Assembly (NCBI GenBank): GCA_003693705.1
Contig: RBZT01000125.1
Span: 372,001 to 436,000 of the forward strand
Direction of reading: 5' to 3'
DNA from: Polymyxa betae A26-41
Lineage: Eukaryota > Protista > Endomyxa: Phytomyxea
Length of the DNA: 64,000 bases
The notes beneath the pieces are model-generated. The model was not told where the DNA came from and ran no database searches. It worked only from the letters and a program-made list of their open reading frames with translations. Position numbers and translations under genes: made by a program. Below are positions 25,758 through 37,769 of the stretch, in pieces; positions within the stretch are counted from its first letter, which is position 1, and the number at the start of each line of letters is the position of its first letter.

Positions 25758-28700
25758 TTAGACACTACGCCTCGTGCCTGTGCGCTTGGTATTCTGTTTC
25801 TCCAGCCTGGCGTTTGAAGCCCTATCAATACCAAAGGTGCTGAATACAGGAGTGCTTGTGCCATCATGTACTGCCGCTCGCAGTAGACCTTCCAATGTCA
25901 CATCAAATTCAAAATCGTTATTGACCGATTTCAAGTCTGAATCGCACATCCATTCAGGAACAGCTCGTTTGTTTTGCAGATCAAAGTAGCCAGATATTGT
26001 CGAAAACAGCCAACGCAATCGGTGCATTGGCAATGCTTCAGTAGAATATTTAAAATCGCTTGGAAGCCAGTCATTTGGCAGATTCCCTCGCGATGCCTTT
26101 ATGTCGTCTGATAACTCGACGATCGTTGGCAGCTTTGATTCGGCAAAGACGGGTGGGGATTGCTTGGCTGATACGAAAGAAAGAACATGTGAGATTCTTT
26201 TGGCATTCAGAGGACCGAATCCAGTATTCCCTGCTCTATACCATACGTGTTTGCACATGCCGTTGTCGCTTTTACCGAATTCTTGTATCCTGTTCTCGAT
26301 GTTTATCAGCGCTGATTGGGTGAAGACACCGTCATGAAAATATGTGAAATGTCGGCGAAAAAATTGTAAAATATTGTAGCCAGACAACGTAAGCTGTACG
26401 CATACGAATTAGGAAGGAAGCAGATATTGCAGTCACTAAACATACCGAAGTAACCAGCAGTTCGTCAGCGTGCTCTAAGGCTTGCGCGATACTGAATCGT
26501 TCTGATGAAAGGGAATCGGGCTGTTCGTCTCTTCCAAAATAGGTACGAATCCGTCGACTGTCATACCCATATTGGTGGCAAATCTGTTGCAGAATCCATT
26601 GAAGTAATTTTGCGAACTCGAGCGAAGTACAGAACGTAACGGCTGGTTGCGATGACATGCCAGAAACGGGGCAGAAATGATCCAGAAACGACAGGATTTG
26701 ATAATCGAATAGATCAACAATACGATGATAGCAATATGTTGGAACAAGACGTATTGGAACAGAGATGTGCCGTTTTTGCAGAAAATCCGGATTCAGATCG
26801 GGGTCAAATCGGCACAGAACACGACCGGCAAAGTCAATAACAGAAGACGGGATCATCGCACCCAATGCGTATACAACCGAAGCCAACGAACACACTCCCA
26901 CCAATGCCTCCAGATTTCGTTCCGCTTCGTCCGCTAATCCGAACTGCTGCTCGAGATAAATGGCGAACACATCCTCCAGAATCACATAATCCCATTTCGA
27001 GCGGGCAGGTAGCGCTTGCATCATCGTCCCGATATGATCGAATGCCACTGTGCATTGGGGCGAGAAGTTCGCCGTCCATTCCCGATTGTTTTGCTTCACC
27101 CAGATCCCTGGGTCCGCATAGCAGTGCGCTGCATACGCCGACGCCATAGTCCTCGACGTCGCCATGGTCGTGGTCAGCACGACGAACGCCGCTTTAGCTG
27201 CATTGAGATGAGAGGCGACGAGCCGAGTCGTGCCACTCTCTGAATCGCTTTCGATCACAACCAGACGAGCCTTATCGAATGGGCTTCTACTCAAATCGAG
27301 ATGGGAGGCACCATGAGGAAGAGAGGCCGCTCCGCTGACAATGTCGATCACGTTACCCAGTCTGGTATCAAAAGGGGAAGCGATCACCTGCCCTGCACCA
27401 GGCTCATTGTGAAATGGGACTTGTTCTGGGATCTCGATGATCGAGATCATGCGCTTGCAGGCGCCGGTGCAGAAAATCACTCGCCCGTTGCTGAATCCGG
27501 GCCGGAACCGCGATGGGTAGATGACCGCCTCAGCTCGGATGCGGTCGACCGACAAAGTCGAGAGCCAGAACGTGAACAGAGCGGCGCGAGCGTCGCCCTC
27601 TCGTGTCTGATGAAGAGGGCAGAATACGGCATTGCCTTCTTCCAGATCTTGCGCTCGCCATCGGGTCCCATCGTCCCGGATTACGACCCGGTCGCCGTCG
27701 ATAGAATCGGCCTGCAAGTCGAGTGGGATTTGGCTCTGATTGGCTAAAAGCCGTTGCCGAAACTCGTCAATGACATCCTGTTTCATTCGATCCCAAACGG
27801 TTCGCGATTGTCGCAGGAATTTCGGCGCCCATGTGACATGCCGGTCCTCGTCAGGCAGATCTTGGTACCCTTCAGGATATGTTTTACGGGCCACCAGCGT
27901 GCATATCGAATCTGGCAATGGCCATAATCTGATAGCATATCTGTTAACGACAAAACTATCGGGTTGGTGGACCAGGCAAGACTGCCACTGTTCAAGTGAG
28001 TATGAGAACCCTTCTTCGGGATTGTCGCAAAATTTGATCGATTCAGGAGCTGGACGTTCCGGGTCTGTTGCAAACTGAGTCGGAACAAGCCGTAATATTT
28101 GTTGATTATCCATTCTTGAAGCTCCTAGCAGAGGCAAAGCCTGGATGGGTTCGTACATTGTGCTGTTGATGATACCTTGCGAGACGGCAGCTTCCATCAC
28201 ATTCTGCAGTATATCTGGTGCTTTTTCCTCGGATAACTGGCGTCGAAGCTGACGCAGCTGAGTGTAGAGACCAACCATCGCCTCTTCGATATACTCACGC
28301 ATGGACACGTGATGATCATAGAAGATCACTTTCCGGAATATGACAAACCAGCTTATACCACTTGACGTCGATGCGTTCATACAGACAATATTCGACTCGT
28401 CAACATCGAGTCGTGTTAATGACGAGAAAGCCGAGCGCAGATGTCGGGCGAAGTATCGTATGGAAATGCTAACTATAAGCCGTGAAGCAAGGGCGTTCCA
28501 ACTGGTTTGAGATGGAGCAGGTACATCGATGCAGTAATAAAAGCAAGTATGACGCATACTGTCGGTTAAGGTTTCGTAAAGATGGTGTTGTTTGTTGGAG
28601 CTTCGCAGCGATAACATCCGATGCATTTCTGATGTAGAGCGTGCTGTGTAGTCCTTTCCATATTCTAAATTTGTGTCAGGCGCAGCTGCACCTGGACGAC

Positions 28701-28800
28701 TGATTAAAGGGCAATCCCGGGCCCAGATTCTTTCATTGTCGCGCAAATCGCGTCTTGCAAATGAGAACTGCTTATGCCAGCATCGTATTGAGGTGGACAT
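25758..28800 (-). CDS. PrimPol-type AEP primase + CHC2-like Zn finger + UL9/origin-binding-protein-like SF2 helicase fusion (~996 aa), predicted catalytically inactive; exons 28800-26446 and 26393-25758
   Basis: Colinear motifs with PrimPol (HLYETL, FYYCID, NASTSSGISWFVIF, IINSTMY..ALPLLGASR) and UL9-like helicases (VIESDSESGTT, VILEDV, VYALGAM, VTFCTS..FAK, TSLTLSGY); a 52-bp GT-AG intron (26394-26445) joins the two ORFs in frame. Confidence 0.78.
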
Positions 28801-29322
28801 TGTTTATGATAGACATGACCTGAGATATTCACGTCTAAGATAAGCAGGATCGATAATGAAAATGAGTCCCGTCATGCAACGTCCTTAAGGGTACGGTGGC
28901 GATTTGACGTCCTTTCAAGTTAGATATCTGGAGACGTTAACCCTAATGATGACCTGAATCGCATTGTCCTTCGCTTTATAGTCATTCAAAATGATTAGAT
29001 GGAATCAGTAAATGAAGGTCATCCCCCGTCAGCTACTGATACAGTCTGAAAGGGTGTGTCCTTGATAGCCAAGAACTTCACAAGATGTTCGAATCCACAC
29101 CATTGAAGGATTTGCCGGAACGGCCTTGTGCTCAAGGTAGCCGCACCGCCCATTAACCAAAATCAGATCCGACGATTCCCTCCCATTCTCTCACATTCAG
29201 AGACAGCAAACCTTATAGCGCACAGCACATACGATGATGAAACTGAGATTTATTTGGTATCCATCATAGATATTGCTAATAGACACAGATAAGATCGATA
29301 TGGCTGAAGGTATTGGGCATTA

Positions 29323-29908
29323 TCAGTTGATTTTGAGAAGTTCGACATCAAACAGGAGGGTGGCATTTGGAGGAATAATGTTCTAGTTAGTCAATAAGAA
29401 TACAGCAATGAGAAATTACAGGGTGAAACATACAGCAGCTCCAGCAGCACCATAGGCGAGATCAGACGGAATCGTCAACTTTGCACGTTCTCCCATTTTC
29501 ATTCCTAGAAGCGCTTCAGCATGGAATCTGGTGAGATTGCTACTCAAAAAAACTTACGTAGAACAGCCTGATCCCAACCGGCAATAACTTCACCCATGCC
29601 GACTCGAAACTGCATAAACATTTAGCCTACACGAAACCTGTTTGTTACAATGTTCACCTGAAAAGGTTTGTTCTTATCACGAGAGCTGTCGAACTTGACC
29701 CCATTTTGAAATGTGCCAATATAATGGACCTAGTAGAACAGTAAATTGGCCAGCAGACAGCACCATAACAAGTTTGTTTTACAGTGACGCGATCGCCCGG
29801 GTGTGGGCAAGGACCAGTTCCTTCCTGAACAATTTCTGAAGCGGCAACTTGTCAGTTTCAAATCCAGACACGATTCAAATCAATAGCACCTTTAGCGACA
29901 GAGGCCAT
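29323..29908 (-). CDS. FKBP12-type peptidyl-prolyl isomerase, multi-exon
   Basis: [65 protein letters not shown]. Confidence 0.95.
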
Positions 29909-30867
29909 TATCGTGTAAGGATTTCAATTCCGAGAGTCGCTGCGAATATCCTGGGAGCATGTCATGACTGCAGCAAACGAAGGCCAGCATCGAGCTGTGA
30001 CAATGCTGAAACCTACCGGCGTAGAACTCGTAAGACGACCCAGCAAGTGACAATCTGAACACTATCTGACAAATGGCGACGGAGGCGATTTCCCCCGCGC
30101 AAACTGTCACTAACTGATACAGATTTACTCACAACAGGATCCAAACAGCTCCCTCCAACGATATCTAGTTGAATACCCTAAAGACTAAACAACAGAAAAA
30201 TTAGAGCGAAATTCCTTTAAGCTGTAATTGCATTGGACAAGGCTTTCAGAGATATGTTTCCCTAGTTGAGGAAAGGCAGGCGATTGATTTCCAAGTAGCT
30301 GGTAGCTGCAGAGTGCCATCTCAACGAATTCAAAGATTAGAATAGCCCCATCCCAGGGCCCAATGATGCTATATCATTTCAAATCATGATTTGGTATTCG
30401 AGATCGGAATGTGAGCTGTGTGGTTCGGTTGATATTCAGCAGCTCTATGGAGAAACGTTTCATGCAGATTGCTAATGGCAGTTGCAGGCTGATAGAGTGC
30501 TGCCGACAGATTCTGATAGTCTAGTTGAAGGGCAACGACGGCTGACGCCCGACCCAGCGCAAACGCGTTGAGGACAATCGATAACAATCGGGATACGATG
30601 TTATAACTGCTGAACTCTAGTCGAAGGTCGCCATTTGCAAACATTAAAAATACGCTAGTGTCGGCAGCAAAAATTGGCCCTTTCTCCAATGGTTTGTTAT
30701 TAAGCGGTCTGACCTCATAACCAGCTTTAGTCGTGTAATATTCCAGCCTGCTAGTCATTCAGATATTCATTATTCTGACAAAATGGCTGGAGAGAAAATC
30801 TTCCTGAAACAACACGCATTTTTCTACAGGCTGTGAGACTTAATTTAATCTGGTGCGGTTTGAAGAC

Positions 30868-31525
30868 ATGGTAGGAAGGAATCCAAACGTGTTCCATCGG
30901 CAGATTGATGAATAACGTCCTGATTAGGCTAACGATGCTGTCAAGAAACGCGATCGAAAAGCGTCTTACATGTCGGCATTGTACACGAAAATCACTTTGG
31001 GCGTCCAGGTCTGACCTATGGACCGCTACACTGGATCAGAGCCCCTAACTGACAATCACCGATTTTTCAGGCGTTCTATCTATTGTTCCGGGTCTTGCTG
31101 TTCTGGAAATCGTACTCATCGTTCTGGGGCTGGATCATACTGTCTGCTAGCCAGATCATCTGTTATAATCTGGTGATATCGGCCATTGCCAGTGGTCGTC
31201 CTTATGCGTATTACCAAGATATTCTTTACATTGCTTGGTTCATTCAAGCCACTCTCATCCTCACAGATTACGCCTGGCTAGTCGGCCTTCTGGTATTGTT
31301 TTCAGCTCGGTCCGTACCTGTCGCAAGTATTAAACCGATTGTGTGCAGATTCCTGGGTATATTCTGTATAAGTTGGGAGGTTATATATTTTCAGCCTTGA
31401 AATCTACTGAGGCTCCAGACGCTCAAGAACCCGAATTAACTGACAAAGAACGAAAAAAGATGGCCAAATTAGAAAGGAAGAATAAGCAACAAGAAGGGCG
31501 ATTCGGTCGTCGTGCTACTCAATGA
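30868..31525 (+). CDS. TMEM208: TMEM208/SND2 (DUF788) ER targeting protein
   Basis: M|ANDAVKK; YYQDILYIAWF..W..L.IPGY.LYKL; C-terminal KERKKMAKLERK. Confidence 0.85.
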
Positions 31526-31778
31526 TTCTATGCTGGATAAGCATTACATTAGATTTATTATCTGTATGGTGTATGTTTTACTGTATCTCTAATTGTATAG
31601 ATTGAATATTCAACTAGCCCATGATAGACGCATGGTTCCAGACAATGATCCAAGTGAACTGGTTCCTGATGCCAAATCGCACATGAACGAAGCATTGCTT
31701 TGCACGTTCGCAAATTGCTCTAGTTGGGACGACGCTACTCTTGATTTTGTCTTTTCAGTTCTAGATTCGAAAATTCAG

Positions 31779-34700
31779 TTTAGTTGATTGGAAGCAACAT
31801 AGCCTTACTCTGAATTCATCAGCGATTGCCGATGAATGCTTGAGCTTTGGCTAACACCAACTGCGGAAGCTTGCTTCCTGGCCAATGCTCTATATTAACT
31901 TATTACAATTCACCACCAAAATTGAAAGATCAGCTTACTCCGACATGGATGCTGGATGCCTGCTCTCCCTTCTGGAGCTCGGCCTAATAACCATTTGTGA
32001 AATTCTTCGATTGGGACCTGTGGTTTGTGCCTGGCCACATACTGTCAGTCATTAACCACAATATGAGCCAAATATGGAACCGCTGTGCTTGCAGGAGACA
32101 GTGTACTTCCGCCAGATAATTCAGCAGAAGTGGTGTCATTATCTAGACATGAGGATTAGCGTCACCTTCGATTACAGCAATGTTGATTTTCGCAAACCAT
32201 GTTGGGATGGTGGAGTTTGCCTATGCAGGTTGAAGGAAGACGCTTTTGACGAGCCAACCTTAGTAGTATCTATCTCTGACAGATCAAATATTTGAAAGGT
32301 CACGATTCCTTGAGCATAAACAGTGCCAGTAAAGTGCAACAGATCAACAGAAATGATATGCTGCTTAAGACGTTGTAAATTATTATGCTTCAGCTTGATA
32401 ATTGGAAAGAGAGGAGCGCTGAGCCAAGCATCATCCATTGATGGTGTTGCAGTATGATCCTCTGGCTGTGTTGGCCCGGAAATTGTAATACTCTGAATCA
32501 TCAAGTGTGTAAATGAGTAGTCTTCAGTACAGACGGAAAGTACCGTTGGCGTTGTTAAACGTACAGGTTTATCAACTAACGCTTGAATGATTGGATTTTG
32601 TAAAAAACAATCAGAACGAAAGCGCAAATGATATTGAGCGGGATTAGCGTTGATAGTCTGATCCGTTAACGTCATTGAAACCTCAGTAAACAACAGTTCA
32701 GCACGGCCTCTTTTGAAATTCTGCCAAGCAATTGAGGGAATTAAACAGCAATCTCTCTAACAGCAGTTACTCTAGATTCCTCGAAATGAAAGACAGTAAC
32801 ATCAAACAGCGAAGAAATGGGTTTGTGATCAGATGTCGCAATCGACTCGCATATGCGCATACTGGTTTGCTGGATGAGATCATCGCAGGAAAATGATTTC
32901 CATAGAACACGATCACACCACGCTGGAGACCTAATTTGAAAATTGGTAATGACAATAAACAATATGAAGGAGGTAATAACCTGGCTGGATTATATCTAAA
33001 CCCAGCATGTCGCTCAACCTTGAAGCTTGGAGGAAAATCATAAGTGCCTTCAACCCATTCGGACAGTATTTCCTTTTTTTGCATATCACGGTTAAGTTGG
33101 TCGAAAGTAAACAGGGCATTGAATCGCCCAGCTTGAGCTAGACATTCCATTTCACGGAATTCCTGAAGCGTTGGAGACTTTTGGATCGCTTGCGCGCCGT
33201 AATCCAAACGATAATTAAGATCGCCCAGGAGCCATATATAGTGAAACCTTAACATAGTCAATCAATCAAAATACAATGCATATGTAGACTAACTGGCACG
33301 CTAAGTCATTTTGCTTGTTGCCTATTCTTGATCCACTTTTGATAATTATGTCTCGGATGTCTTGATTTCTCTGATCGCGTTTCGTTTGATGAGCCGCAAG
33401 ATGGCAATTGACGAAACACATCCAAGTCTGAAACAATCGAAACGAACAGACAACGCCTCCTTTATTACCAAGAACATGAGCAATGCCTAATTTCGTCGGT
33501 TAGTAAATACTAGTCTCTAATGATAATAATACATTGCCAAGACCTGTAGCCTCTTTATGCACATTAACGTTCGATATATGAGCAAAAAGATCTTTTTTGG
33601 CAAAAATAGCCATTCTGATTTGCCAGAGTGAGCTATAATCCACCTAAATGTAATCGGTCCAAAGTTTTAAAGTCAGGATCTGATAACGTACAAGAGCGTA
33701 ATCAGGTCCCAAATGCGCGCTTAAGGTGATAATCCAATCATCTTTACAGTTTGTTCCATTTTTTGGCGTATACTGACACTCTTGACATCCAATAACATAG
33801 AGCCCTACATGATAGATAAGCTACAAACCATAATAAATTGAAGCATACCTGGGGGTGTAGGAATTTCAATTGGACTGCGTTGATATTTTGAGCGACCGAC
33901 TGGATGAGATTTTACTCCATTTCGAGGTTTACGCGATCTGATCTTTAGCTCATTTAGGCTTCCCAGTTCGTCATCATCATCGATTGATGCCACTTCTGCA
34001 GAATCAGCTTTCAGAAGCCTTCTAGTCGATGATGGTTCTGTGAGATCATTGTCGTCAACACTCTCCGATGTCTTTCCCATGCTGTCTAGCTTTGTGAGCT
34101 GAAAACCGGTCTCGCTCGCCATTGAATCTGCTCTTTGCATCTTTGGTGGCGAAGCTGGCACAGGGGTGTTGTTATGCCGGGCAATCCATGCTGAAATGTC
34201 ATCTGGCGGAGGCTCATTGCCAACATTCTGAATATCTCAGCAATCAACAAGCGCGGTATAAAAAAAATCAAATTCCTACCCAAGTTCCCACGAAAACTGG
34301 AATCTTTTGTGAACTGGGAGATACGGATTCAAGATTGTTTGTCAAGCCTTGCAAACGAAGCAGTCGAGAACTGATAAAATTTGATCCACAAAGGGAAATA
34401 TGATCTAAGAATACGACAAAATGAGCATGTGAGTCGGAAAATGCATAATGGCATACCAACTGAGTCGACTGCATCAAATATGGCAAGCTTGATATGAACA
34501 TATCCATTTCCGGGACGCACGTCGCCGAATGCATCTAATACGGGAAACCAGCCATGCAATCCTCCACGGTCCCAGTATTGTGACAAGTCAACACGAACGA
34601 ATCCAATTAACTCTGAGAAATACAAATCCCATCATCAGAAAAAAAGTGCTTGACATTATCAGGAATAACCTTTCTTTCCCCACTGATCAAAATCGAACAG

Positions 34701-36148
34701 ATCAACAACTACATCATCATCTCCATTAACGCATAGGCTTTTAGAGAAAGACAATAAGTATATGATACATTACGATCGGTATATTACTCACAATGTAAAC
34801 GGATCGCTGAAAACAGGATTACGCTCTCTATCACGAATTCGAACCGAGAAAACAATATCTTCGCCTTCGTTGGATTTGTGTTTCGGACGAAGCGTAGACT
34901 GCCCAGATGATTTAGGGATTATGCGAACCTGAACGAAAGGATCTACAGCAGAGCCTGGACAAAGTATGAAGGGATTATGATTTCCATCAAAACCTGATTA
35001 CCAGAATCAAGCAATGGCAAATCCCAGATTTCGGTCACTGTCAACAGCAACTTAACAATATAATACAGTGCAGCATAGAACTTTACCAAAAACATGGACT
35101 GTATATTTGCCCTTCCAGAAGTGGAACCGAGCTTCCCGATTCGTCTGATTTACACTCTGGTTATTGATCAAAGCAATGCAGTTATCTACAGCATCTTCAT
35201 CCTTCAATTTGATAGCAACAACTAAAGTTGTCGTCCTAATGCGAAAGTATTAAGATTTATAATACCTAGTCTGTTCAAAACGCACCGAATTTGCATTGTA
35301 TTTTTGACAGGAACTTCAGGAACCATAGCATAGCTGTCGTGAATCATGAGCGACATTTCAGGCGATGATTTCTTCTTGGAACTATTCCAATGCTTTTTGG
35401 ATTTGTAGAGTCGGACGGAGCATTTTGAAACAACGATGTAATTGGATTTTCCGTAAACGCTGCAATGGCTCTCGAATAGAATTTCTTGGTCCAACTTTGC
35501 TTGTAGAGCGAGCAGTTGTTGAACCGCCAAAAGTTCCTCATTCGAGACCTATTTTTCAGAGTATGAAAGATCGCTACTTTGACAAATAGATGCAATTAAC
35601 TAACAGTATCAGGAACATGCAAGTGATCATCTGCACGCTTTGGAGTTTGATACGTCTGGTCTCTGGAACCCTGAATTCGGTCAATAAAGACGGCAGAGGA
35701 TTCTCAAATTCAGCCTGACTTTGGCACCTGATAGCTTCTGTCGAAGTTTTTTAAACATTCGACTGGATCGCAGTGGACGTCTCGCGGTTCTAGAGAGCTC
35801 GATGCAGCACCTGCACCTGCAACATTGGATACGATCAGGTCAAGTACCGGGTACAAAACGAGAACTTTGAAAAATATGCCAATCGAAAGCAGAAACAGAA
35901 TCATTGGTCAATGGATTTTGAGAAACAAACTTGGGCCTTCGGACCGATTCCAGCCCCGATAACGCAGCTCGTTTGGCGAGCGAAGTCACCGACCTCTGTT
36001 TGTCTGACCTATCTGCTGGACGACGAGATTCTGATCCAGATGGGTGACATGACCTATTCGATAAACGAAATGAAATGTGATGGAAAGGAAGTGTTAAGAA
36101 TAGAGAGCAGCAGGGCTCACTAAGCGGAGCACTGTTGTTACGATACAT
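31779..36148 (-). CDS. Inositol polyphosphate 5-phosphatase with N-terminal PH-like and C2 domains and a SHIP-like C-terminal C2; ends approximate
   Basis: VFVGTW|NV, YVIGCQE, NKGGV, FVNCHLAAH, GDLNYRLD, PAWCDRVLW, SDHKP; C2 exon DPFVQV..RNPVF. Confidence 0.88.
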
Positions 36149-36200
36149 GACATAGTGGGCCCAACCACCTCATCCCTTCTTCATCTTCAAAGTCACCGCC

Positions 36201-37688
36201 ATGGAGGATGATATCGATGAGGCTCCAGACCCGTCGTCTGGGTCCGCTACCAAGCTTGTCGACCCGCTCCAGGTCCTGGAGGTGTCCCCGAGCGAGCTCC
36301 GCATCCAATGTCGGAGCCTGGGGTCGTAGACCATGTCGACTCTGAACTTGGTATAGGCCAGCTGAACACGGAAGTCAGCTATACGTTCACATTGAAGAAC
36401 TTTGTTGATCGCTGTGTGGCGTTCAAAGTGAAGACGACAGCGCCCAGGCGGTACATGGTCCGGTAATGAGATTGCGTTGCAATCCCAGCTCGTTATAAGT
36501 CTATATAGGCCCGCACAAGGCACCATTTCATCTGGTGATGCAGTTCCTATCACAATCGTCTTGGTAAAAATGTCCCAATATCCAGACCAATCGAATCCCA
36601 GGAATCTTCGTGATAAATTTCTGGTTCAAAGCTTCGCTTTGCAGCATGTATTTTAACGCAAAACTGAACAGCTGTGTCTCCGATTTATTGGGTAATTAGG
36701 AGGTTGCCGTCGATGAACTGAACGCTCTCTGGGTCACTAAAGAAAAAGAGCATAACCCTCGAGCTAATAGCCGAGCATATTACGAGCATCGTCTGAAATG
36801 TCGCTTGCTGATTCCTTCTGAGGAATCACAAGGGCCCTCTCAACCATTACCGGTTTCTCCTTTAGCCGACTCGGCTGCAGGTGTATCTTCAGATCCTGCT
36901 GATTCGGTCCTGGGAATAGTCGTATCGCCGCCACCTGATCCCGCCGTTGATGATGTGCCTTCTCCCTCAATGAAGACACCTTCGAGCTTGCAACTGAAAA
37001 CTCCTGCAGAAGGTGGATCCGACTCGGCTGCCGCATTGCCGACCACAACATCGGATTCGGCAAAGGAATCGAAGGGGAATTCCCCTGAGTCAGAGCCTGA
37101 CGCAACGCAATCAGACCAACCTGGAGTTCATGTAGAAAATCGCGAGGTTCGTTAAGTTTTTTATATGTAGCGCCGCCTGAGTGTTCTTAATTAGAAACCT
37201 GCTCCTGTTAGTAATAAGAATTTGGATAATACGCCATTATTAGCAAACCACCCAAAAGAGTATGAAAAGGTTGTTATTGCACAGTATCCGTTTTGCGTCG
37301 CTGAGGCATGGCTTTGCAGATATTGGCGTATTCAGTGAAGCTGACTGTCGAACGCGAAGCGCTCGAAAGCAAACTTGTCAAACTGTCAGAACAGAGTTCA
37401 TTTCTTTTACAAGAAAATGAAAGGCTGAGAAAGGCGCTGGCCATTGAGCAAGGAATTTCGGCAGACGCTGAGTCAAGTGCTGCGTCTGCCGAGCCAAAGC
37501 AACGCTCAGTTTTAGACGCTATTCAAGCAAGTGATACTGGATATGGACCTCTTTTCGATCAGGATTTCAACTTTTCTCGAAGCCATGCTGACAATGTCGC
37601 GTCCCAGCTCGCGTGTAGCTCAGGCATTCAAATATGGCAAGTTCTTGCTGTCGCCGTTCTTTGTTTCTTGATTGGGCGAATTTTTTGA
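36201..37688 (+). CDS. VAMP-associated protein (MSP domain, linker, coiled coil, C-terminal TM)
   Basis: VAFKVKTTAPRRYMVRP, RDKFLVQS, coiled coil, tail anchor VLAVAVLCFLIGRIF. Confidence 0.92.
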
Positions 37689-37769
37689 TTGCATTTGTAA
37701 TACTGTAATATATTTGAAGAGTTTCCCTCTTGAGGTCGTTTATGTGTACGAGTTAGATTTCATATCCTT

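Noticed and set aside
26332-26445. Frameshift between the 822-aa and 209-aa ORFs suggesting a pseudogene
   Set aside because: Resolved by a canonical 52-bp GT-AG intron with a CTAAT branch-like site
25580-29320. Intact mobile element or endogenous virus around the primase-helicase gene
   Set aside because: No terminal repeats, TSD, capsid, integrase or transposase seen; neighbours are ordinary host genes
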